Assembly (NCBI GenBank): GCA_007693335.1
Contig: REDU01000064.1
Coordinates: forward strand, 104-64,103
Direction: 5' to 3'
Source of the DNA: Ilumatobacter sp.
GTDB lineage: Bacteria; Actinomycetota; Acidimicrobiia; Acidimicrobiales; Ilumatobacteraceae
DNA: 64,000 bases
The position numbers and the translations under genes are program-made. Positions 47,976 to 55,960 of the stretch are shown here, piece after piece. Every line of letters starts with the position of its first letter. The first letter of the stretch is position 1. The notes under the pieces are model-generated. The model had not been told where the DNA came from, did no database searches, and worked only from the letters and a program-made list of their open reading frames with translations.

Positions 47976-48541
47976 GGGTCATGACCGATCTCGCCCGCAC
48001 CGACCTCGCCCGCACCGACTTCACCGCCTTCGACGAGTCGACCGCCGACGACTGGGCCATCATCACCGAGGGCATCAAGGTCACCCAGAGCCGCGTGGCC
48101 GACAACGTGATCGCCCAGATGGAGATGCTCCGCCACGACCACGGCGGCTTCCCGGTCGACCGCCTCGAGCACTCGCTCCAGACCGCCACCCGCGCCCAGC
48201 GCGACGGCCGCGACGACGAGTACGTGCTGTGCGCGCTCATCCACGACATCGGCGACAACCTCGCCCCGTACAACCATCCCGACATCGCCGCCGGCATCGT
48301 GAAGCCGTTCGTGTCGGAGGCCAACCACTGGATGGTCGCCCACCACGGCATCTTCCAGGGCTACTACTTCTGGCACCACATCGGTCTCGACCGCAACGCC
48401 CGCGAGGCGTACCGCGACTCGCCGTACTTCGAGTACACCGAGGAGTTCTGCGCCAAGTACGACCAGGTCGCCTTCGACGCCGACTACCGCAGCGAGCCGC
48501 TCGAGCACTTCGTCCCGCTCATCCGCGCCACCTTCGGCTGA
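47972..48541 (+). CDS. HD-domain protein with an H..HD..H..H..D ligand pattern (possible diiron oxygenase rather than phosphohydrolase)
   Basis: The ATG overlaps the aguA stop (ATGA). LEHSLQTA, LIHDIGD, NHPDIAAG, VAHHGIFQG and KYDQVAFDADY. The N-terminal DLARTDLARTD comes from a 15-bp duplication. Confidence 0.78.
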   Translation: MRVMTDLARTDLARTDFTAFDESTADDWAIITEGIKVTQSRVADNVIAQMEMLRHDHGGFPVDRLEHSLQTATRAQRDGRDDEYVLCALIHDIGDNLAPYNHPDIAAGIVKPFVSEANHWMVAHHGIFQGYYFWHHIGLDRNAREAYRDSPYFEYTEEFCAKYDQVAFDADYRSEPLEHFVPLIRATFG

Positions 48542-48551
48542 CACGACCCGG

Positions 48552-49802
48552 TCAGCGGACCTCGGCGAACAGCGCCTTCAGGTAGGCGCCCTGTTCGAAC
48601 CCGATGGGGTGATCGATCGCGTGGCCCGTCCGCCGGATCTCACGCAGCCGGGCCCCGGCGTGCGACGCCGCCTCGTGGACGATCTGGAAGAACTCCTCGT
48701 CACCCACGCGACTCGAGCACGACGCCTGCACCAGTGAGCCACCACGCCGGATCAGCGGGATCGCCGCCTGCGTGAGCCGGAAATAGGCGCGCCGGGCGGC
48801 GGGCACGGCGGCGGCACTCTGGGCGAACGACGGCGGGTCGAGCACGACGAGGTCGTAGGACTCACCCCGCTCGGCCAGCTCGCGCATGACGGCGAACGCG
48901 TCGCCCACCGTGGTGTGCGCATGGCACTCGCGTACCGATCGGATGTGACGGTTGTGCTCGAGGTTGCGTCGGGCCGTCTCGAGCGCCGGCTCGCTGACAT
49001 CGACCAGGTGGACGGCCTCCGCGCCGCCCGCCGCTGCCGACACCGAGAACCCACCGGTGCTGGCGAACACGTCGAGCACCTTCGCGCCGGCGGCCATGCC
49101 CCTGACCAGTCCCCGGTTGTCGCGTTGGTCGAGGAAGTGCCCCGTCTTGTGGCCGCGCACGACGTCGGCCTCGAACACGAGACCCCGCTCGCGGAACAGC
49201 ACGGGTGCGTCGGACGCGGGCCCGTACAGCGTGCGGCCGTCGGTCAGTCCGCCGACCGGCGCCGTCGAGCGCGACAGACGCAGCACGATCCGTGCCGGGT
49301 GGACGCGGGCGATCAACGCGTCGAGCACGAGTTCCAGGTGGGGCCACCAGATCGCCGAGTAGAGCTTCACGACCAGGGTGCTGTCGTAGCGGTCGACCAC
49401 GAGACCACCGAACCCGTCGTTCTCGCCGTGGACCAGGCGGTAGCCGGTGGTGTCGGGATCGGCGTCGAGCGTCGATCGGCGATCGATCGCATCACCCACC
49501 CGATGCGACCACCACTCGGCATCGATGGTGGCCGGCGAGCCCTGGTGGAGCACCTTCACCCGCAGCGGTGACTCGGGATCCCAGAGGCCGATCGCCGCGA
49601 ACTTGCGGTCGGCGTCGAAGATCACGGCCAGGTCGCCGGGCGCGGCATCGTCGTGGTTGACATGGGTGATCGACCCGTCGAACACCCACGGGTTCCCGCC
49701 GCGGACCTGGCGGAGGGCGTCGTTGGTGACCCGCACGGCCAGCCGGCGGTCGGATGGCCGCGGCAGCGTTTGGACCTCGTCGATCAGCGTGGTGGCCGTC
49801 AC
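48552..49802 (-). CDS. Class I SAM-dependent RNA methyltransferase, RlmI-like (PUA-like N-terminal domain)
   Basis: GNPWVFDGSI, GYRLVHGENDGFGGLVVDRY, the SAM pocket VLDVFASTGGFS and motif IV VVLDPPSFA. The GTG start at 49802 overlaps the upstream stop (GTGA). Confidence 0.8.
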   Translation of the reverse strand: MTATTLIDEVQTLPRPSDRRLAVRVTNDALRQVRGGNPWVFDGSITHVNHDDAAPGDLAVIFDADRKFAAIGLWDPESPLRVKVLHQGSPATIDAEWWSHRVGDAIDRRSTLDADPDTTGYRLVHGENDGFGGLVVDRYDSTLVVKLYSAIWWPHLELVLDALIARVHPARIVLRLSRSTAPVGGLTDGRTLYGPASDAPVLFRERGLVFEADVVRGHKTGHFLDQRDNRGLVRGMAAGAKVLDVFASTGGFSVSAAAGGAEAVHLVDVSEPALETARRNLEHNRHIRSVRECHAHTTVGDAFAVMRELAERGESYDLVVLDPPSFAQSAAAVPAARRAYFRLTQAAIPLIRRGGSLVQASCSSRVGDEEFFQIVHEAASHAGARLREIRRTGHAIDHPIGFEQGAYLKALFAEVR

Positions 49803-51025
49803 GTGTCGCCCGTCCCACGGCGAAGATGGTCGGTGACGGGATGGTCGGTGCGGAGGTGCTCGGCCAGCGCGAGCAGGTCGGCCACGTCGTTGATGTCGCG
49901 GTCGAGTGCCGGTGCGGTGAGCACCACCGGGGAGCACTCGGCGAGCTCGGCGTGTCGTTCCGACTCACGGGTGGCCACCACCGCCACGTCGTGGAAGCGG
50001 GTGGCGATCTCGGTGAGCACACCCTGCACGACGTCGGTGTCGGCGTCGAGTCGTTCGGCCACCTCGCCCGACAACTCCCCCGCGGCGGCCTTCTCGAGTC
50101 GACGGGCACTCGCGGCCGCTGCCGGAGCGGTGAACTCCGGCGGCATCACGCGGTTCGCGATCATCGCACCCAGGTGGAAGTCGCGCCGCGACAACTCGCG
50201 GGCGAGGTACATCGCCTCGTGCGTGGGCGCCGCTTCGAGCGTCGACACCACCACGAACGCCGTGCGATGGTCGCCCAGGAGTTGTTCGACCTCCTCGGCG
50301 TGGCGCACGAACCCCTTCTCCATCGCCTGGAACAGCACGAAGAACTCGGCCACGTCCTGCAGGAACCGTGAGCCGAGCACGCGGTCGGCCACCTGGTAGA
50401 ACGGCTTGGATGCCGCGGTGAACAGGCGCGAGCGGTACGGGACCGTGAGCCAGCGCAGCAGCCGCGAGCCGAAGAAGTCCTTCATGCGGCCGGGCGCGTC
50501 GAGCACGTCGAGCGCGTTGCGCGACGGCGGGGTGTCGACCACGATCAGATCGAACTCGCCCGAGCCGTGCAGCTCGTGCAGCTGCTCCATCGCCAGGTAG
50601 TCGTGACTGTGCACGAACCGGCTGGTGATGTTCTGGTAGAGCGGGTTCGACAGCACGGCGTCGCGCACCTCGGCATCGGGGGCGTGTCGGCGGATGAGCT
50701 CGTCCCATCCGGCCTTCGTGTCGAGCATGGCCGCCCAGAGCTCGCCGCGTGGCTCGATGTCGGCGTCGACGAAGGCGTCGTCGGGCACACGCACGGCCGT
50801 GTTCCCCAGGGCGCCGATACCCAGCGCGTCGGCCAGGCGGCGGGCCGGGTCGACGGTGATCACGAGCACGCGACCACCCAGGTGGGTCGCGGCCGATGCC
50901 GCCAGTGCCGCGGCCACGGTGGTCTTGCCCACACCGCCCGAGCCGGCGACGAGGATCATCTCGCGCGACGCGAGCAGGGCGTCGAGCGCCAGCCCGTGTT
51001 CGTCGGCAGCGTCGCGGTACGTCAC
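49799..51025 (-). CDS. ArsA/Get3-family P-loop ATPase (second of a pair)
   Basis: ILVAGSGGVGKTTVAAALA (deviant Walker A), LVITVDPARRLAD and DLIVVDTPPS. The GTG at 51025 overlaps the stop of the first ArsA-like gene (GTGA). The upstream 275 codons of the 683-aa ORF are shadow. Confidence 0.83.
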   Translation of the reverse strand: MTYRDAADEHGLALDALLASREMILVAGSGGVGKTTVAAALAASAATHLGGRVLVITVDPARRLADALGIGALGNTAVRVPDDAFVDADIEPRGELWAAMLDTKAGWDELIRRHAPDAEVRDAVLSNPLYQNITSRFVHSHDYLAMEQLHELHGSGEFDLIVVDTPPSRNALDVLDAPGRMKDFFGSRLLRWLTVPYRSRLFTAASKPFYQVADRVLGSRFLQDVAEFFVLFQAMEKGFVRHAEEVEQLLGDHRTAFVVVSTLEAAPTHEAMYLARELSRRDFHLGAMIANRVMPPEFTAPAAAASARRLEKAAAGELSGEVAERLDADTDVVQGVLTEIATRFHDVAVVATRESERHAELAECSPVVLTAPALDRDINDVADLLALAEHLRTDHPVTDHLRRGTGDT

Positions 51026-51972
51026 GTCGCCACGTCCAGCTCCGCGGCGAGGGCTTCGCCCACCAGCTTCACGACCCGACGACCCGACGACCGCGTGAAC
51101 AGCTCGGGCACGTAGAGCACGTCGGTGGAGGGGTCGAGCCCGGCGCGCAGACGATCGAGGTGCCCTGCGCCCACCCGACGGCGGGCATCGGTGGTGCGTG
51201 CTGCATCGACCACGGTCCCCACGGCTCTCCCGGCGGCCGCTTCGAGCAGGTCGTCGACCCGGTCGAGGTGTTCGACCACCTCGGTCTGGCGCCGATCGAA
51301 CAGCGCGGGCAGCACGCGGTTGGCGACCACGGTGCTGGCGGTGATGCCGGTCTCGGCCTCCAACCGCTCGAGCAGATCGAGCGTCTCGGTGACCGGCATC
51401 TCCTCGGGGGTGGTCGTCACGACCACGCCGGTGCGCTCGGGGTCCTGGAGGATGTCGAGCATCCAGCCGGTCTGGTCGCGAACCAGTCCCACCTGCACGA
51501 GGTCGCCGATGACCTTGGGTGCGCCGATCTGGGCGACGATGTGTCCACTGGCCTCGGCGTCGACCACCACGAGGTCGTAGTGGCGTTCGCGCACCTCGTA
51601 GCAGAGCTTGCCCACCCCGAGGATCTCCTTCACACCGGGTGCGGCGTCGGCGACGAAGTCGAACGTGCGCGCCAGCGGGCCGATGCGACCGAGGAACGGC
51701 ACCTTCACGAACGTCCGCAGGTACTCGCGGAGCGAGTCCTCGGTGTTCATCGCCATGGCGAACAGGTTCGGTTCGACCTCGCGCGGCTCGAACTCCAGCG
51801 TCGTGGCGTCGAACGCGGCGGCGAGCGCGTCCTTGGCGTCCATCTCGCACACGAGTGTGCGCTTGCCGGAGGCCGCGGCGAGATGCGCGATCGACGCCGC
51901 GACGGTGGTCTTGCCCACACCACCTTTGCCCGTGACGAACAGCAGGTGCCGGTCGAGGAGGTGGCTCGTCAG
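51022..51972 (-). CDS. ArsA/Get3-family P-loop ATPase (first of a pair); start upstream of the first canonical start codon
   Basis: The track ORF starts at the GTG at 51918, inside the P-loop (..LLFVTGKGGVGKTTVAAS). The frame is open upstream, and the only start-like codon after the DUF3107 stop is the CTG at 51972. Other motifs: LVCEMDAKD, DLVVVDAEASGH. Confidence 0.75.
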   Translation of the reverse strand: MTSHLLDRHLLFVTGKGGVGKTTVAASIAHLAAASGKRTLVCEMDAKDALAAAFDATTLEFEPREVEPNLFAMAMNTEDSLREYLRTFVKVPFLGRIGPLARTFDFVADAAPGVKEILGVGKLCYEVRERHYDLVVVDAEASGHIVAQIGAPKVIGDLVQVGLVRDQTGWMLDILQDPERTGVVVTTTPEEMPVTETLDLLERLEAETGITASTVVANRVLPALFDRRQTEVVEHLDRVDDLLEAAAGRAVGTVVDAARTTDARRRVGAGHLDRLRAGLDPSTDVLYVPELFTRSSGRRVVKLVGEALAAELDVAT

Positions 51973-51973
51973 G

Positions 51974-52213
51974 TCAGCCCCCGAAGCCGATGCGACGATC
52001 GCCGTCGGGTGCGCCGATCTCGATGTAGGCGATCTTCTCCGACGACACGCCCACCTTGCGACCGCGCTTGTCGGTGAGCCACAGGACCGCCGTCTCGCCG
52101 GTGAGCGCGGCCTCCACGAGCGCGGGGATGCCGTCGCGCTGATCGTCAGCGATCTCCACCGTGAGCTCGCGGGGGGCCTGGGTCACTCCGATGCGTACGT
52201 CCACGCCAGGCAC
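51974..52213 (-). CDS. DUF3107-family small protein
   Basis: VDVRIGVTQAPRELTVE...LWLTDKRGRKVGVSSEKIAYIEIG matches the actinobacterial DUF3107 pattern. GTG start at 52213 or 52204. Confidence 0.7.
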   Translation of the reverse strand: MPGVDVRIGVTQAPRELTVEIADDQRDGIPALVEAALTGETAVLWLTDKRGRKVGVSSEKIAYIEIGAPDGDRRIGFGG

Positions 52214-52338
52214 GGTACCGCCATCTCGAACTGTCTGTGGGGTTCGCCCGGAACCGCCGGATCACCGCGGACAGTTCGCCCGAGATGCCGACCGTGGTCT
52301 GGCAGGTCCGCACGAAGTGGTGCTTCGTTCGGGAGCGG

Positions 52339-53061
52339 TCAGACGGCGGTGGTGCAGAAGGTGTCGCCGAGCGCGAAGCTCGACTCGGTGGTGACACCGA
52401 GATCTTCGTGACCGCGGGCGTGCAGCGCCGTGAGCATGCCGCGGACCATGCCGCGGTCGACCGCGCAGATCACGGGGTGCTCGGTGGCGACGTCGCCGAA
52501 CGGGCAGTGGTTGTTGATGATGCGCAGCCGGTCGTTGTGGGCCTCGGCGTGGGCGGCGAACCCGTGCGCGCTGAGGGCATCGGCCACCGCCTGCATGGCC
52601 GACCGCAGCGAGCGCTGCCCGGCCGCGAGCGCGCTGCCCGACAGACCGGCGGCCATGGCACGGCCGTACTCGGCGCCCACCTCTTCGGCCATCTTCTCGG
52701 CCTGCTCGGCAGGGAGCTGCGCCAGCGCCCGTCCGAGCAGCGAGAGCACCAGGTCGTCACCACGTACCGGGAAGTCGGCCATCGCCGCCGGCACCGCCGA
52801 GTAGCGCTTCGAGGGCCTGCCGGCTCCGGCGCCCTCGGTCCTGGCCGTGCTGACCTCGAGGTACCCGCCGGCGGCGAGCTTGTCGAGGTGGTGACGGGCC
52901 ACGTTGGGGTGCACGCCGATCTCGGCGGCCACGGCCGCCGTGGTGGCACCATCGCCGCCACCGTGGTCGCGCACATACAGGTAGACCTTGCGGCGCGTCG
53001 GATCACCGAAGGCATCGGTGATGGCCGACACCGTGGCGGTGAACGACGCGCTGTTCCCCAT
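52339..53061 (-). CDS. ArsR/SufR-like winged-helix transcriptional regulator with a Cys-containing C-terminal domain
   Basis: FGDPTRRKVYLYV..AAVAAEIGVHPNVARHHLDKLAAGGYLE is the wHTH. The C-terminal part is NNHCPFGDVATEHPVICAVDRG...FCTTAV. It occupies only the last 240 codons of the 643-aa ORF. Confidence 0.75.
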   Translation of the reverse strand: MGNSASFTATVSAITDAFGDPTRRKVYLYVRDHGGGDGATTAAVAAEIGVHPNVARHHLDKLAAGGYLEVSTARTEGAGAGRPSKRYSAVPAAMADFPVRGDDLVLSLLGRALAQLPAEQAEKMAEEVGAEYGRAMAAGLSGSALAAGQRSLRSAMQAVADALSAHGFAAHAEAHNDRLRIINNHCPFGDVATEHPVICAVDRGMVRGMLTALHARGHEDLGVTTESSFALGDTFCTTAV

Positions 53062-53139
53062 GGCCCCAATTCTAATGGACCTCCGGGATTTCCACTGTTC
53101 ACGTAGTGCAAATTGGTCGAGTCGGGCCAGAATGGGGTC

Positions 53140-54285
53140 ATGGCAGTGACCAACGATCTCGTGGTGGACGCCCTCCGACCGGTCGAGGACCCCGAGCTGC
53201 ACCGCTCGATCGTCGACCTCGGGATGCTCCGGAACGTCGACATCCGCGACGACGGCACGGTCGGCATCCTCGTGGCGCTCACGATCGCCGGCTGTCCGCT
53301 CCGCAGTGAGATCACCCGACGGGTGACCGATGCGGTCGAGACGATCCACGGAGTGGCGGGCGTCGATCTCGAGTTCACCGTGATGACCGATCAGGAACGC
53401 GAAGACCTCCGCAAGCACCTCCACGGCGACGCCGGCGCATCGGCCGGTTCGAACCAGGCGCACGGTCACGCCGAAGGGCGTGCCATCCCGTTCGCCGACA
53501 CCGGCTCGAAGACCCGTCCGCTGTTGATCTCGTCGGGGAAGGGTGGCGTGGGCAAGTCGAGCGTCACCACCAACCTGGCCGTGGCACTCGCCCAGCAGGG
53601 GTACTCCGTGGGCGTGGTCGACGCCGACATCTACGGCTACTCGATCCCGCGCATGCTCGGCACCGACCGCGACCCGGTCGTGATCGATCAGATGCTCGTT
53701 CCGCCCGAGATGTGGGGCGTGCGCTGCATCTCGATCGGCTACTTCGTCCCCGAGGGCCAAGCCGTGATCTGGCGGGGCCCGATGCTCCACAAGGCACTCG
53801 AGCAGTTCCTCACCGATGTCTTCTGGGACGAGCCGGACTTCCTGCTCGTCGACATGCCCCCCGGCACCGGCGACATCGCGCTCAGCCTCAGCCAGTACCT
53901 GCCTCGCGGCGAGGTCTACGTCGTCACCACCCCGCAGCCCGCCGCCCAGAAGGTGGCCCGACTGTCGGCTGCGATGGCCGCCAAGGTCAACCTGCCGGTG
54001 CGGGGCATCATCGAGAACATGTCGTGGTTCACCGGCGACGACGGCACGCGCTACGAGATCTTCGGCTCCGGTGGCGGCCAGCTGCTGGCCGACGAGCTCG
54101 GCGTGCCACTGCTCGGGCAGCTCCCGCTGGTCTCGGCCCTGCGCGAGGGCAGCGACGACGGCCGACCGATCACCGCCATCGACCCCGACAGCGAGGCCGC
54201 GCAACTGTTCTCGTCGATCGCCGGCCGCATCGCCACGGAGCTGAAGCCCAAGAAGGTGTTCAGCCCGCAACTCAAGGTCATCTGA
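53140..54285 (+). CDS. mrp: Mrp/ApbC/NBP35-family Fe-S cluster carrier ATPase
   Basis: N-terminal MIP18/DUF59-like domain (VEDPELHRSIVDLGML), deviant Walker A SGKGGVGKSS, DMPPGTGD and the CxxC-region analogue NMSWF. Confidence 0.9.
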   Translation: MAVTNDLVVDALRPVEDPELHRSIVDLGMLRNVDIRDDGTVGILVALTIAGCPLRSEITRRVTDAVETIHGVAGVDLEFTVMTDQEREDLRKHLHGDAGASAGSNQAHGHAEGRAIPFADTGSKTRPLLISSGKGGVGKSSVTTNLAVALAQQGYSVGVVDADIYGYSIPRMLGTDRDPVVIDQMLVPPEMWGVRCISIGYFVPEGQAVIWRGPMLHKALEQFLTDVFWDEPDFLLVDMPPGTGDIALSLSQYLPRGEVYVVTTPQPAAQKVARLSAAMAAKVNLPVRGIIENMSWFTGDDGTRYEIFGSGGGQLLADELGVPLLGQLPLVSALREGSDDGRPITAIDPDSEAAQLFSSIAGRIATELKPKKVFSPQLKVI

Positions 54286-54311
54286 GCCACCGGTCCCCCC
54301 ACCTCGACCCG

Positions 54312-54650
54312 ATGGATCCAGTCCCCAAGTACCGGTTCGAGCGACTGGTCGCCGATGCGATCGACGACCTGCCCGACGAACTCGTTCCCGTGCTCGACAA
54401 CGTGGTGGTGCAGATCGAGGACCGCAACCCCGACGAGCCCTCGCTGCTCGGCCTGTACGACGGCGTGCCCCACATCGAACGCACCGGCGCCGAGGGGCCC
54501 GACATCGTGTCGATCTACCGGCTCGCGCTGTGCGAGATGTGCGACGACCTCGACGATCTCGTCGAGGAGGTCTACGTGACCGTCATCCACGAGATCGCCC
54601 ACGCGGCGGGCATCGACGACGAGCGTCTCCACGAGCTCGGCTGGGCGTAA
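54312..54650 (+). CDS. Small zinc metallopeptidase-like protein (DUF1025/zincin-like)
   Basis: 112 aa with a C-terminal HEIAHAAG (HExxH) and the typical FERLVADAIDDLPDEL N-terminus. Confidence 0.72.
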   Translation: MDPVPKYRFERLVADAIDDLPDELVPVLDNVVVQIEDRNPDEPSLLGLYDGVPHIERTGAEGPDIVSIYRLALCEMCDDLDDLVEEVYVTVIHEIAHAAGIDDERLHELGWA

Positions 54651-54667
54651 CGACTACCGTGGGGCCC

Positions 54668-55465
54668 GTGAGCGACACCCCACCCCCCGGGGGACGGCAC
54701 CCGGATCCGCCGCCGCCCCCACCGCCGCCGGGCCTGACGGGGTCGCAGCCACCCGGGTACACGGCGTACGACAACGCCCCCACCGTCGGCAAGCTGTCAC
54801 GGGTGGGCGGTCTGTCGACCGCACTCGTGGTGCTGGTGGGCGTGGTGGGTGTGAGCGCCGTGATCGCGGCCGTGCTCAGCGGTGGCGCACGGGACTCGGC
54901 GCGTGACTTCCGCGAGGGGCGCATCACCGAGAACGAGTTCCTCGAGTCGTACCTCGCCGTCGGGATGCTCGGGCTGGTCCAGTTGGTGGCCACACTTGCA
55001 GCGTTCGTGCTCACCGTGATCGTGATGTACCGGCTGGCGGCCAACCACCGGGCGCTCGGCCGACGCGGCACCTGGTCACCCGGTTGGGCCATCGGTGGAT
55101 GGTTCCTCCCGCCGCTCGTGATCTACGTGATCCCCTTCCTCATGTTCCGCGAACTCTGGAAGGCATCCGACCCCGACGCCCCACACGGCACCGACCAGTG
55201 GAAACGAGGTCCGGTGAGTGCGCTGGTCCCGCTGTGGTGGGTGCTGTACGGCCTGGTACCGCTGGGGCTCATCGTGATGCAGGGTGCCGGCTCGGTGGGC
55301 GGTGGTGGCTTCACCAGCAGCACCGACGCGCTGGCCGAGACCGTCGAGGAGCAGTTCGCGCTCACGCTGGTCGGATCGCTCCTGACGCTCGCCGCAGCGG
55401 TCGTGTTCATCGCCATGATCCGCGGGCTGGTGGCCCGCCATCGCCGGCTCACCGGCGAGAGCTGA
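54668..55465 (+). CDS. DUF4328-like integral membrane protein with a Pro-rich N-terminus
   Basis: GTG start, a PPPPPPPPG stretch, then several TM helices and a WAIGGWFLPPLVIYVIPFLMFRELW motif. Confidence 0.62.
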   Translation: MSDTPPPGGRHPDPPPPPPPPGLTGSQPPGYTAYDNAPTVGKLSRVGGLSTALVVLVGVVGVSAVIAAVLSGGARDSARDFREGRITENEFLESYLAVGMLGLVQLVATLAAFVLTVIVMYRLAANHRALGRRGTWSPGWAIGGWFLPPLVIYVIPFLMFRELWKASDPDAPHGTDQWKRGPVSALVPLWWVLYGLVPLGLIVMQGAGSVGGGGFTSSTDALAETVEEQFALTLVGSLLTLAAAVVFIAMIRGLVARHRRLTGES

Positions 55466-55485
55466 AGCAGCTCCGGGCACGAACC

Positions 55486-55953
55486 ATGAGCCTGTACATC
55501 GTGCGTCATGCCAAAGCCGGCGAGCGGAGGGCCTGGAACGGCGACGACGAGGCGCGTCCGTTGAGCACCAAGGGCCAGAAGCAGGCGAGGAGCGTTTCGG
55601 AGCGGCTGGCCAAGCTGAAGGTGTCGGGCCTGCTGGTGTCGAGCCCGTACGTGCGCTGCGTGCAGACGCTCGAACCGCTCGCGGAGATGGTCGGGACCAC
55701 CGTCGCCACCGACGGGCGCCTGACCGAGGGCGCCTCCTTCGAGGGCACGCTCTCGCTGCTCGACGAGTTGCCCGACCAGTCGGTGCTCTGCAGCCACGGC
55801 GACATCATCCCCGAGACCGTGAAGGCGCTGGTTCGTCGCGGCCTCGACGTGCGATCCACCCCCGACTGGCGCAAGGCGTCGGTGTGGGTCATCGAACGCA
55901 GCGCGGCCGGCAGGTACACCCGCGCCAGGGTCTGGCCGCCCCCCGGACGCTGA
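55486..55953 (+). CDS. sixA: SixA-like histidine phosphatase
   Basis: MSLYIVRHAKAG (RHA), PLSTKGQKQA, SSPYVRCVQT and CSHGD. 155 aa. Confidence 0.78.
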   Translation: MSLYIVRHAKAGERRAWNGDDEARPLSTKGQKQARSVSERLAKLKVSGLLVSSPYVRCVQTLEPLAEMVGTTVATDGRLTEGASFEGTLSLLDELPDQSVLCSHGDIIPETVKALVRRGLDVRSTPDWRKASVWVIERSAAGRYTRARVWPPPGR

Positions 55954-55960
55954 CCGGCAG

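Noticed and set aside
49799-51972. The possibility that the two ArsA-like ORFs are a frameshifted single two-domain ArsA (pseudogene)
   Set aside because: Each ORF has its own complete deviant Walker A and switch regions. They meet in a clean GTGA overlap. Paired single-domain ArsA/Get3-like genes are known from mycobacteria. I saw no internal stops or truncated motifs.
52339-54270. A 643-aa minus-strand ORF spanning the regulator and the region opposite mrp
   Set aside because: Only the last 240 codons encode a coherent wHTH regulator. The rest is antisense to the clearly genuine mrp gene.
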